Position numbers and translations under genes: made by a program. A stretch of DNA of 64,000 bases from Candidatus Lustribacter sp. (lineage in GTDB: Bacteria; Vulcanimicrobiota; Vulcanimicrobiia; Vulcanimicrobiales; Vulcanimicrobiaceae): the NCBI GenBank assembly GCA_965277805.1, contig OZ255842.1:2688001-2752000 (forward strand), read 5' to 3'. The first letter of the stretch is position 1, and each line of letters begins with the position of its first letter. Positions 49,916 to 58,950 of the stretch are shown in pieces. Below the pieces are notes generated by a model that worked only from the letters and a program-made list of their open reading frames with translations, did not search any database and was not told the origin of the DNA.

Positions 49916-50965
49916 TTATTGGCCTTGGGCCCAGGCTAGTTGGGCTCGGGCGCATTCGGTGTGGAGGTTCATGAAGCGGTCGACGTCGTCTTTGTTGACG
50001 AAGGGGTTGGGGTCGCCGGGTTTGCGGGCGCGGACGGCGTCGAGTTTTTGCAACGTATTGTCGTATTCGGCGTGGATGTGGATGATCGTGTCGACGCCGG
50101 CTTTGTCTTCGAGGTCTTTGAAGCGCTGGGATGAGGCGATGTAGGTGGTAGCCATGGTCGCCATGTCGGGGAACATTTGCACGCCCTCCTGGACGAGGCG
50201 CATGAAGTCGCCGCCCAGCATTCCGGCCATGTGCCGCTGGGTGCCGTCTTTCACCGGAAAGATCAGCGAGAGATTTCCGGGTGTGGACGTCGGCGTTGAG
50301 TAGAGGGTAACGGTCGTGTCGCCGAGGGTGAGCTTCTCGCCGTCGTAGGCCACCATGTCGCGCACCGGTTTGACGCCGGCGGGGGAGTTGTCTTTGGCGA
50401 GCAGGTCCCAGTCGATGGCCGACATGATCACGTGCGCGTTCGGGACCATCTTCTTCAGCGCGTTGATGCCCCACGATTGATCCGAGTGCGAGCGTACGAC
50501 GATCGCATATTTGATGTTGGCCGGATCCAGACCGAACGTTTTCAGCTCGTTCACGAGTTCGGGCGTTACCCACGGGAAATTCGTGTTGAGGAGAATGATG
50601 CCGGCCGAGGTGGTCAGCGCCCAGGTCGATTCGGTTTGCGTTCCGATGTAGTAGAGGTTGTCGAACACGCGAACGGGCGGGACGTACCATTGATCGCGCG
50701 GGGTCGGCACGAGCTTCTCTTTTTCTTCCGGTTCGCCGGCGCCGACGAACGGCGGCTTCGCAGCGGGCTTCGGCTGCGAGCAGATTAACTTGAACATCGA
50801 ACTGTAGGTTTGCCACGGCTTCGCGTTCGCGCCCGGAGGCGACACGAGCGCCGTCGCTGCGGCCAGATGCGCCTGCGCGGCCGATACCGCCTGGCCGTTC
50901 GCATCCGAAGTGATGCCGCCGGCGAGCAGCGCCGTGCACAGCGCCGCGCTCCAGAAACGCCTCAA
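49916..50965 (-). CDS. Secreted metallo-beta-lactamase-fold protein (B3-like) with degenerate metal site
   Basis: PPVRVFDNLYYIG, GLDPANIKY and DGEKLTLGDT motifs; TTG start overlaps upstream stop (TTGA); signal peptide. Confidence 0.8.
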   Translation of the reverse strand: MRRFWSAALCTALLAGGITSDANGQAVSAAQAHLAAATALVSPPGANAKPWQTYSSMFKLICSQPKPAAKPPFVGAGEPEEKEKLVPTPRDQWYVPPVRVFDNLYYIGTQTESTWALTTSAGIILLNTNFPWVTPELVNELKTFGLDPANIKYAIVVRSHSDQSWGINALKKMVPNAHVIMSAIDWDLLAKDNSPAGVKPVRDMVAYDGEKLTLGDTTVTLYSTPTSTPGNLSLIFPVKDGTQRHMAGMLGGDFMRLVQEGVQMFPDMATMATTYIASSQRFKDLEDKAGVDTIIHIHAEYDNTLQKLDAVRARKPGDPNPFVNKDDVDRFMNLHTECARAQLAWAQGQ

Positions 50966-51918
50966 GTAGAAACGACCGTTTGCAGCAGTTCGCGCGCATC
51001 GAAGCGCTGGGGAATGTTCTTGTACTTCGCCATCAGGTCGATCACGGGTTGAATCGCCGACGGCTCGACCGTGGGCGGCGTGAAGCCGTGGCGCATGTCG
51101 ACCGCGACCTTTGGATCCATGCCCGAATACGACGCCATGATCTGGCTCGTCTCCGGAATGTGCGCGTTGCTGTAGGCAGCGGCACGCTGCAGCACCTTGG
51201 CGAAGCGCGCGACGGTGTCTTGATTCTTCGCCGCGTACTCGCGGCTGGAGAAGTAGACGACTTCGAGGATCGGGCGTTCGTAGCCGGTCAGCTCGTCGAT
51301 GAAGAACCGCAACTTGCCGGCGCGCACGTCCTGCATCATCACGGGCTCGGCGATCAGGCCCGCGTCGATCCGGTTCTGTTCGATTGCAGCCGACACGGCA
51401 GCGGTCGGCGGCAGTTCGATAAACTTCACCGTTGAGGAGTCCCCGCCGCGCGCGTCGATCAGCGCACGCAGACCAAGGTAGGCGATGTCGCCGATGGCAG
51501 AGCACGAGACGACCTTGCCTTGAAGATCGAGCGGCGTGCGCAGCGGCGAATTCGCGGCCACCACGATGCCGGCGGTCGCGACGTCCTTGCGGTAGATGAT
51601 CGATGGGGCGACGATCGCAAACGGCAGGTTTCGCGCATACGCCGCGATGATCGACGTAATGCTCGCCATCCCGATATCCTTCGCTCCGCCTACGATCGAT
51701 TGCGCAACGACCGCACCGGTCGTGGCCTGCTGCCAATCGACGTCGAGACCGGCCTGGCGAAAGAGTCCCGTATTCAGCGCGTAGAGAAACGGGCGCACGG
51801 CATCGGCTACCGACGCGATGAAACGCACCGGAGTCAGCGGCGCATTTTGCGCGAGCGCCGCCGGCGTTACCGCCGCAGCCACCGCGCCGCCGATCATCGC
51901 CGCACGCGTGATCGCCAT
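50962..51918 (-). CDS. SsuA/THI5-like solute-binding protein
   Basis: MAITRAAMIGG Tat-like leader; GLFRQAGLDV and DLQGK; TGATG coupling to the Rieske gene. Confidence 0.88.
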   Translation of the reverse strand: MAITRAAMIGGAVAAAVTPAALAQNAPLTPVRFIASVADAVRPFLYALNTGLFRQAGLDVDWQQATTGAVVAQSIVGGAKDIGMASITSIIAAYARNLPFAIVAPSIIYRKDVATAGIVVAANSPLRTPLDLQGKVVSCSAIGDIAYLGLRALIDARGGDSSTVKFIELPPTAAVSAAIEQNRIDAGLIAEPVMMQDVRAGKLRFFIDELTGYERPILEVVYFSSREYAAKNQDTVARFAKVLQRAAAYSNAHIPETSQIMASYSGMDPKVAVDMRHGFTPPTVEPSAIQPVIDLMAKYKNIPQRFDARELLQTVVST

Positions 51919-53180
51919 CAGAAGCGGACCAGTAGCTCCGACTGCAGCGCTTCGTGCCAATCGGCGCCCTTTTCAACCGTATGGTTGCCGCCGCGCAGCG
52001 CGCGGAACGTGGCCGGATCGGTGCCGCGCGGAGACCCGCCGGCTTCGACCGTATCGACCGCTTCGAGCAAGAGGCGGCGCAGCACGATCACCGCGCGATC
52101 GGTCGTGCCGAGATGTTCTTTTGAGCGGTCGACGACCGGGCCCATGCCCACTTGCAGCGCGATGTCTTGCGTGTTGATGCCCGGAATGCCGGTGAACGTG
52201 CGCTTCTGCAACTCGCGGTCGATGAAGAAGTCGTTGGAGAGCTGCGCCTTGAGGCGGAACGGACGATCGGGGTCGAGATCTTCCGGACCGCGTCCGATCT
52301 CGTGCTCCGACTCCTCGATGAACTTCTGCGTCAGCGGCACGGCCGGATTATCGGAGTACATGAAGTTGTAGATCACCGTGTGCGTGTCGTCCATCGGCAC
52401 CCAGTAGTGACCGTTGATCGTGAGGATCTCCGGGTCGAAGGCGTGGTTCTGACCGCGAATCTGCATCACCGGCATCACGTAGTGATAGACGCGCACGTGC
52501 TGCAAATCGCCGCGCGACCGGATGCCGGTATACAGATAGCCGTAGTCGGTCGGCTCGACTTCGATGCGGGGCACCGTGGCGTCGTAGTTGCTCAAGAACG
52601 AACGGTCGCCGATTTTCTGGTTGTGCAAGATCAGCACGTGCGCGGAATCGAAACCGCCTTCGACGGCCTGCAGGTAGTTGCAGTCCTCGTACGTTTTCGA
52701 GACGTGGCGATGCGATGCCGGCGCACGCAGCAGTTCGCCGTCGGGTGGTTCGGGCTGGGACTCGGGCGGCCCCATGTACGTCCACAGCATACCGCCCGCT
52801 TCGTAGGTGGGATAGGCGCTGATCGTGACCTTCGTTTTGAACAGCGAATCCAGTGGTTCCGACGGCATGTCGACGCACGTGCCGTTGCGATCGAACTTCC
52901 AACCGTGATAGACGCAGCGCAAACCGCACTCTTCGTTGCGGCCGAAGAACATCGGCGCGCGGCGGTGCGGGCAGAACGCGTCGACGAGCCCGACCTTGCC
53001 GTCGCTGTCGCGAAACGCGACCAGGTCTTCGCCGAGGATACGCACGCGTATGGGTGCGCCGTCGGGCTCCGGGAGTTCGCTCGAGAGCGCCGCCGGCAGC
53101 CAGTAGCGCCGCAGCGTTTCACCCATCGGCGTTCCGCGGCCCACGCGCGTCAAACGTTCGTTTTCTTGCGGCGTCAACAT
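51918..53180 (-). CDS. Rieske non-heme iron oxygenase (phthalate 4,5-dioxygenase/LigXa-like)
   Basis: CPHRRA...CVYHGW Rieske motif; EGGFDSAHVLILH and QD mononuclear Fe ligands; EHLGTTD. Confidence 0.92.
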   Translation of the reverse strand: MLTPQENERLTRVGRGTPMGETLRRYWLPAALSSELPEPDGAPIRVRILGEDLVAFRDSDGKVGLVDAFCPHRRAPMFFGRNEECGLRCVYHGWKFDRNGTCVDMPSEPLDSLFKTKVTISAYPTYEAGGMLWTYMGPPESQPEPPDGELLRAPASHRHVSKTYEDCNYLQAVEGGFDSAHVLILHNQKIGDRSFLSNYDATVPRIEVEPTDYGYLYTGIRSRGDLQHVRVYHYVMPVMQIRGQNHAFDPEILTINGHYWVPMDDTHTVIYNFMYSDNPAVPLTQKFIEESEHEIGRGPEDLDPDRPFRLKAQLSNDFFIDRELQKRTFTGIPGINTQDIALQVGMGPVVDRSKEHLGTTDRAVIVLRRLLLEAVDTVEAGGSPRGTDPATFRALRGGNHTVEKGADWHEALQSELLVRF

Positions 53181-53282
53181 ACGCGGTGGGTCTCCTAAGA
53201 TGCGAAGCGGCGGGGAGCACGAATGGGGTTCGAAAAGCGTTTTCTGCGCGCTCTCGTTGCCGCCTCCGGAGGATCTCGCATC

Positions 53283-54245
53283 ATGGTCGTTTCCCGTGCT
53301 CACGCGCTCACCGTCATGGCGGGCGCGGCGCTCGCCTTCCCCGCCGCGGGAAGTGCGCAAACCCCGGTGGTGGTGCGGATCGGAACGCCCGGCAACGACG
53401 GCAACGCGCTCGCCTACTACGCCTTCGAGAACGGCGTCTTTCGGAAGTACGGAATCACGGCCCAGATTCAGACCATCCGCACCGGCAGCGGCGCGGGGAT
53501 CGCGGGCGCGGTGATCGGCGGCGCGCTCGACATCGGCGAAGGCGACATCATCGCGGTAGCCGCCGCGCGCGAACATGGGCTGCCGCTGGTTCTCATCGCG
53601 CCGTCATTTCTACATCGCGGACCGGCGCCTGTCAGCGCGCTGATCGTCGCCAAGAGCTCGGCGATCCACACCGGTGCCGATCTCAACGGTGCGACGATCG
53701 CCGTTCCGTCCCTCACCGGTCCGGCGAAGCTGGTAACCGTTGCATGGTTGAAAAAGAACGGTGCCGATCTTGCATCGGTCAAGTACGTCGAACTTCCGCA
53801 AACGGCGATGGCCGCAGCGATCGCCCGTGGCACCGTGGCCGCCGCGACGACCACCGAACCGAACCTGGCCGGCGCACTCGACGACGTGCGCGTCCTCGGC
53901 TACGTCTACGATGCGATCGGCAACCCGCTGCAAGTCACGAGCTGGTTCGCGACGGAAGACTGGGTCAAGGCCAACCCCGACGTTGCCCGCCGTTTCGTCG
54001 CGGCCGTGCGCGAATCGGCCGTGTGGGCGAACAATCCGAAAAATCACGCCGCGTCGGCAGCCATACTTCAGAAGTACACGCCGTTCAGCGCGGACCTGTT
54101 GCCGAAGATGCATCGCGCACAGTACGGCGAGTACTTCGATCCGGCGACGATCCAGCCGCTGCTCGATGCGGCCTACGATCAGAAGTCGCTACAAAAGCCC
54201 ATCGCGGCAAAGGATCTGTTCAGCAGCATCGCCGCTACACACTAG
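53283..54245 (+). CDS. SsuA/THI5-like solute-binding protein
   Basis: MVVSRAHAL leader; GVFRKYGI, GADLNG and EPN motifs. Confidence 0.88.
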   Translation: MVVSRAHALTVMAGAALAFPAAGSAQTPVVVRIGTPGNDGNALAYYAFENGVFRKYGITAQIQTIRTGSGAGIAGAVIGGALDIGEGDIIAVAAAREHGLPLVLIAPSFLHRGPAPVSALIVAKSSAIHTGADLNGATIAVPSLTGPAKLVTVAWLKKNGADLASVKYVELPQTAMAAAIARGTVAAATTTEPNLAGALDDVRVLGYVYDAIGNPLQVTSWFATEDWVKANPDVARRFVAAVRESAVWANNPKNHAASAAILQKYTPFSADLLPKMHRAQYGEYFDPATIQPLLDAAYDQKSLQKPIAAKDLFSSIAATH

Positions 54246-54963
54246 CCGCGAGAATTGCGGGGAGTGCGATCTCGGAGCCGGTGTTCAGAGCGAGTACGTT
54301 CGGGCCGCCGGTTGCGTCGGGGTTGATCTCGATCACGTTCACACTCGCGTCCCCGACACGTCCGAGCGACGCGGCGGGATACACCGCGAGCGAGGTTCCG
54401 CCGACGATGATGAGATCGGCGGCTTGCGATTCGCGCGCCGCGCTTTCCCACGCGCCTTCCGGTAACGACTCCCCGAACCACACGACGTTCGGCCGCAACT
54501 TGCCGCCGCACGCGTGCGGGATGCGCGCGAGATCGAACGGCGCATCGAGCGTCTCGCGATACGCGCAGCCGGTGCAGCGGACGGTTTGGAGATCGCCGTG
54601 CAGTTCGACCAGGGCGCGCGAACCCGCGCGCTTCTGCAGGCCGTCGACGTTTTGCGTCGCGTGAAACACGTGCGGCACGACGCGCTCGAGTTCGGCCAGC
54701 GCGCGATGCCCCGCGTTCGGTTCGGCGACGGCATAGGCTTCGAACCGCTCGTTGTACCACGTCCACACGAGCACCGGATCGCGCTCGAAGCCCGCGCGGC
54801 TCGCGAGTTCTTCGAAACGCTTCTCGCGCCAGTAGCCGCCGTCGCCGCGAAACGTCTTCAGGCCCGAGGCGACGCCGAGCCCCGCGCCGGTAAGAACGAA
54901 CACTCGCTGCGCCTGCCGCAACAAAGCGGCTGCTGCTTCGATGTCTTGCGCATCTAGCGACAT
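54235..54963 (-). CDS. cobB: NAD-dependent sirtuin deacylase
   Basis: TGAG, TQNVDGL, ELHG, RPNVVWFGE and GTSLAVYPAA motifs. Confidence 0.92.
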   Translation of the reverse strand: MSLDAQDIEAAAALLRQAQRVFVLTGAGLGVASGLKTFRGDGGYWREKRFEELASRAGFERDPVLVWTWYNERFEAYAVAEPNAGHRALAELERVVPHVFHATQNVDGLQKRAGSRALVELHGDLQTVRCTGCAYRETLDAPFDLARIPHACGGKLRPNVVWFGESLPEGAWESAARESQAADLIIVGGTSLAVYPAASLGRVGDASVNVIEINPDATGGPNVLALNTGSEIALPAILAASV

Positions 54964-56408
54964 TCCGGCAAGATGCGGCCCAGGCGCGCGATCGCCTCTT
55001 CCATCGTTGCCTCATCGTGCTCGGCAAATCCGAAGATGAATTCACCCGGTACCGGATCGCGCAGATGATGCGGCGCGGTGCTCATCACCGCAACCCCGGC
55101 GCGGCGTGCGCGCTCGATGAAGCGGCCGGTTTCCAAGAGCGGCAACCGCACGACGAGGTGCATGCCGGCGCTTTCGCCGCTCACCTCGAGCCCATCGCCG
55201 ATGTGGCGCCGCAAGGAATCGAGCAGCGCCGCGCGCCGCGCGCGGTAGAGGACCCGCATCCGCCGCAAATGACGTTCGAAACCGCCGTCGACGATGAACG
55301 ACGCGAGCGCGCGCTGTTCGAGAATCGGCGACTGACGGTCGGCGAACCCCTTGGCCGCCTGGAGCACGTCGCGCAGGGCCGGCGGCGCCACGACGTAGCC
55401 GATGCGCAGCGCCGGAAACATCGTCTTCGAAAACGTCCCGACGTACACGACGCGTCCCGACGTATCGATGCCGTAGAGCGCGGGAATCGGCCGGCCCTCG
55501 TAGCGGTAGGCGCTGTCGTAGTCGTCTTCGACCACGATCGCGCTGTTGCGCTCGGCCCAGGCGAGCAAGGCACGCCGCCGCGTCGCCGCCAGCAGCACGC
55601 CCAGCGGAAATTGATGCGACGGCGTGACGTACACCAGCCGCGCGCCCGCAGCGTACCGCTCCAAGGCGTCGACCCGGATGCCGTCGTGGTCGACGGCGAT
55701 CGCGCGCAGGTCGGCACCGTGCGCGCTGAACGTGCGCTGGGCACCGAGGTAGCCGGGCTCTTCGAGCGCGACGACATCGCCGGGTTCGACCAGCACGCGT
55801 GCGACCAGATCGATCGCTTGCTGCGAACCGTTGACGATCGTCACGTCGCGCGCGGTGCACGCTATCCCGCGCGCCCGTCCCAAATACGCTGCGATCGCGG
55901 CGCGCAACGGCAGATAGCCGGCCGGATCGGCGCTGTAGTCGAGCAGCGATCCGTCACGTGACGCGCCGGAAAGCGCTCGGCGCCATTCGGCGTGCGGAAA
56001 CGCGCTGAAGGCGGGGCGGCCGTCGCGAAAATCGATAAGACCCGCGCGGCGCGGCGGTTCGAGCGGCCCAGCCTCGGTGAGCGACGCGCCGTAAGTGGAA
56101 AGCCGGATGGACGCCTTACCGCCTTCGGCGTCATCAGCGCTGCGCGGTAACGGACCCTCCGGCAACTCCGCGCTGACGAACGTGCCGGAGCCGGTGGTTG
56201 CTTGCAGATAACCTTCACTGTGAAGCTGCGCGAAGCTCGACACGATCGTCGAGCGCGAAACACCGAGCGCTTCGGCGAGCGCGCGCGTTGAAGGCAGCCG
56301 CGTACCCGGTGCAACCTGGGCGTTGAGAATCGCCCCACGCAGTCCTTCGTAGAGTTGCCGATGCAACGGAACGTTGCTCGACGCGTCGAGTTCGAGCGGC
56401 AACTCCAT
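54954..56408 (-). CDS. GntR/MocR-family PLP-dependent regulator
   Basis: RLPSTRALA HTH; YVTPSHQFPLG, EDDYDS and GTFSKTMFPALRIGY motifs. Confidence 0.94.
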   Translation of the reverse strand: MELPLELDASSNVPLHRQLYEGLRGAILNAQVAPGTRLPSTRALAEALGVSRSTIVSSFAQLHSEGYLQATTGSGTFVSAELPEGPLPRSADDAEGGKASIRLSTYGASLTEAGPLEPPRRAGLIDFRDGRPAFSAFPHAEWRRALSGASRDGSLLDYSADPAGYLPLRAAIAAYLGRARGIACTARDVTIVNGSQQAIDLVARVLVEPGDVVALEEPGYLGAQRTFSAHGADLRAIAVDHDGIRVDALERYAAGARLVYVTPSHQFPLGVLLAATRRRALLAWAERNSAIVVEDDYDSAYRYEGRPIPALYGIDTSGRVVYVGTFSKTMFPALRIGYVVAPPALRDVLQAAKGFADRQSPILEQRALASFIVDGGFERHLRRMRVLYRARRAALLDSLRRHIGDGLEVSGESAGMHLVVRLPLLETGRFIERARRAGVAVMSTAPHHLRDPVPGEFIFGFAEHDEATMEEAIARLGRILPECR

Positions 56409-56478
56409 GCTTTCCGGTGGTATGCTCTCCTTCCACCAAAATGGTACTTGAGTACGACCACTCGCGCCATTACGCTAT

Positions 56479-56615
56479 GTGACACCGAATCAGTTCCGTT
56501 TTGTCCATCTTGCGTACGCTCCAGCGTGCAAGACGGCGAAGCATGCGTGGAACTGATTTCCGTCACGTCACGACGTCTTCAGCAATTTTATACAAACGAC
56601 CACTCAGCGTCGTGA
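56479..56615 (+). promoter_or_regulatory. Structured leader with a 25-codon uORF upstream of the APC permease
   Basis: Nested inverted repeats GTGAC/GTCAC, AATCAGTTCC/GGAACTGATT, TCTTGC/GCAAGA; second stem TCACGACG/CGTCGTGA; GTG...TGA ORF at 56479-56556. Confidence 0.5.
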
Positions 56616-56712
56616 TGCGCGTCGCAAATTGACATTCTTGTCGCGCGCGATCTCCTCTATAGTTCTCCTAACGTCAACGCCCCTCAATGTCGTTCAGGAG
56701 ATGCAATCAACC

Positions 56713-58101
56713 ATGTTACCGCAAGCAACAAGCCTGCGCACCCACTGTCTGAGCTTCTGGACCGTCCTGGCTCAGAGTATTGCGCTGATCTCACCGACGA
56801 TGACTGCGGTGCTGATCGTACCACTGATGTTCGGCACGACCGGAAACGCGAGTTGGCTCGCCTACGCGTTCGGCACGATCATGCTGTTATTCGTCGCATT
56901 CAACCTCAACCAATTCGCACGCCGCTCCTCGCACACCGGATCGATGTTCTTGTATTCGGTGGCGGGGCTCGGGCCAACCGCAGGCGGCATGGCCGGCTGG
57001 TGCCTGATCTGGGCCTACATGTTCATCGGAACGGCCGGGGTCAGCGGCTTCACCATCTTCGCGCAACAGCTGCTCGTGATGATGCACGTCAACGTCCCGG
57101 CCGTCGCGCTGTTTGCGCTGTGCGCAGCGATCTGCTGGTACTGCGCCTACAAAGACGTCCGACTCTCGGCGGTGCTGATGCTCGTGCTCGAGGCGGTCTC
57201 GGTCGCGCTCATCGTGGTCCTCGCGTTCGCGGTCCTCGGACACCACAACTTTGCGCTCGACGCCGATCAGCTCTCGCTCAAGGGCAATACCCTCAACACC
57301 CTCGGCCTCGGCGTCGTGGTCGCGATCTTCAGCCTCGTCGGCTTCGAAGCGGCGACGGCGTTTGGTGAAGAAGCGAAGAATCCGCTCAAGAATATCCCGC
57401 GCGCGGTGATCGTGAGCTTGATCCTCACCGGCGTGTTCTTCATCTTCATCACCTACGTCGAAGTTTTGGGCCTGCGCGGCGTGAAGCCGTCGCTCGATGC
57501 TCAAACCGCCCCGCTCTCCACCCTCGCGACGATGATGCACCTCGACGTGCTGCAGATCCCGATCGATCTCGGTGCCATGTTGAGCTTCTTCTCGCTCGCG
57601 CTCTCGTGCATGAACGCCGGCGCCCGCGTGATCTTCCAAATGGGCCGCCAAGGGTACTTCCACGAAGCCACCGGCAACGCGCATTCGACCAACGAAACGC
57701 CGCATGTCGCGATTACGATCTACGCGCTGCTCGAGTTCGGGATCCCGGCGATCATCCTCTCGTTCAAAGGTCTGGCCGTCACCGACGTCTTCAACGACGC
57801 CGGAACGTTCGGGGCCTTCGGTTTCCTCGGCGCGTACATCTTCGTCTCGGTGGCGGCACCGATGCATCTGAAAAAGATCGGAGAGTTGCGCCCGCGCGAC
57901 ATTGCCTACTCGGTCGCGGCGCTCGTGTGCCTGCTCGTACCCGCCATCGGCAGCGTCTATCCGGTTCCCGCGCCGCCGGTCAACACGTTCGTCTACGCCT
58001 TCCTGCTGTACTTCCTCGTCGGACTCGCAGTCTTCGTGGCTCGCCGCAGCAGGCCGCAGACGGAGCCGATGGAACTCGCAACCGATGCTGCAGCAGCTTG
58101 A
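56713..58101 (+). CDS. APC-family amino acid/amine permease
   Basis: About 12 TM helices; FSLVGFE and GEEAKNP motifs; AGGAG upstream (start 56701 or 56713). Confidence 0.92.
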   Translation: MLPQATSLRTHCLSFWTVLAQSIALISPTMTAVLIVPLMFGTTGNASWLAYAFGTIMLLFVAFNLNQFARRSSHTGSMFLYSVAGLGPTAGGMAGWCLIWAYMFIGTAGVSGFTIFAQQLLVMMHVNVPAVALFALCAAICWYCAYKDVRLSAVLMLVLEAVSVALIVVLAFAVLGHHNFALDADQLSLKGNTLNTLGLGVVVAIFSLVGFEAATAFGEEAKNPLKNIPRAVIVSLILTGVFFIFITYVEVLGLRGVKPSLDAQTAPLSTLATMMHLDVLQIPIDLGAMLSFFSLALSCMNAGARVIFQMGRQGYFHEATGNAHSTNETPHVAITIYALLEFGIPAIILSFKGLAVTDVFNDAGTFGAFGFLGAYIFVSVAAPMHLKKIGELRPRDIAYSVAALVCLLVPAIGSVYPVPAPPVNTFVYAFLLYFLVGLAVFVARRSRPQTEPMELATDAAAA

Positions 58102-58909
58102 AGGGGCGATCATAGAACCGTTCGTCGCCCGGCTACGCGTGTTTCCATTCAAGTCGCTGGACGGCGCTGACGTGAAAACGTCGGCGCTCGTCGCGCGCGG
58201 CGGATTACGATCCGATCGCGCGTTCGCGTTGTTCGACGAGAACGGCGGCTTTGTCAATGCGAAGCGCGAACCGCGCGTGCACGAACTGCGCGTCGGGTAC
58301 GATGCGGACGTCACCCGCGCGACGTTCGTGAGCCCGCGCATCGCGACGCCGTTCAGCTTCGCGTTCGATGACGACACAAAGGCGCTCGAAAGCTGGTTGA
58401 GCGTACATTTCGAGCGGCCGGTGACGGTGCGCTGCGACTTGGACGGCGGCTTCCCCGACGATCTCAAAGCACCCGGACCGACGCTCGTATCAACGGAGAC
58501 GCTGGCCGCAATCGCCAGCTGGTTTCCGGGTCTCTCCGCCGACGACGTGCGCCTGCGCTTGCGGGCCAACATCGAACTCGGCGGCGTCCCCGCCTTCTGG
58601 GAAGACGGGCTGTTCACGCGGGCCGGCGAGGTTGTGCCGTTTCGCATCGGCGCTACCGTGCTCGAAGGCACGAACCCATGTGCTCGGTGCATCGTCCCCG
58701 GCCGCGACGCGCGAACCGGCGTCGCGCTTCCGACCTTTGCCAAAGTCGTCTCGCAGCAGCGCGCGGCCACGCTGCCGCGTTGGGCCGACCGCAGCCGCTT
58801 CGATCACTTCTATCGCCTGACCGTGAACACGCAAGCCGGAGCCGGGCAATCCGGCCGCACGATCGCCGTCGGAGACGTGCTCGAACCGTTGGCGGCAACG
58901 GCGCACTAA
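58085..58909 (+). CDS. MOSC domain protein
   Basis: FPFKSLDG, DRAFA, RLRANI, WED and PCARC motifs. Confidence 0.88.
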   Translation: MLQQLEGAIIEPFVARLRVFPFKSLDGADVKTSALVARGGLRSDRAFALFDENGGFVNAKREPRVHELRVGYDADVTRATFVSPRIATPFSFAFDDDTKALESWLSVHFERPVTVRCDLDGGFPDDLKAPGPTLVSTETLAAIASWFPGLSADDVRLRLRANIELGGVPAFWEDGLFTRAGEVVPFRIGATVLEGTNPCARCIVPGRDARTGVALPTFAKVVSQQRAATLPRWADRSRFDHFYRLTVNTQAGAGQSGRTIAVGDVLEPLAATAH

Positions 58910-58950
58910 AGTGATTCGACGTACGGGGACCGCCGGGAACGCGGCGGGAA

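Noticed and set aside
49916-50965. Functional beta-lactamase resistance gene
   Set aside because: Key Zn-binding His residues are substituted; the fold alone does not imply resistance.
49916-51976. 686-aa ORF as one fusion protein
   Set aside because: The upstream half is an off-frame read through the binding protein gene; a signal peptide begins at TTG 50965.
54235-54963. Sirtuin as a Thoeris/DSR-type defence NADase
   Set aside because: Short classical CobB with Zn-binding Cys residues, in a housekeeping context.
56629-56663. TTGACA and TATAGT as a sigma70 promoter for the permease
   Set aside because: Spacer is 23 nt, too long for a standard promoter.
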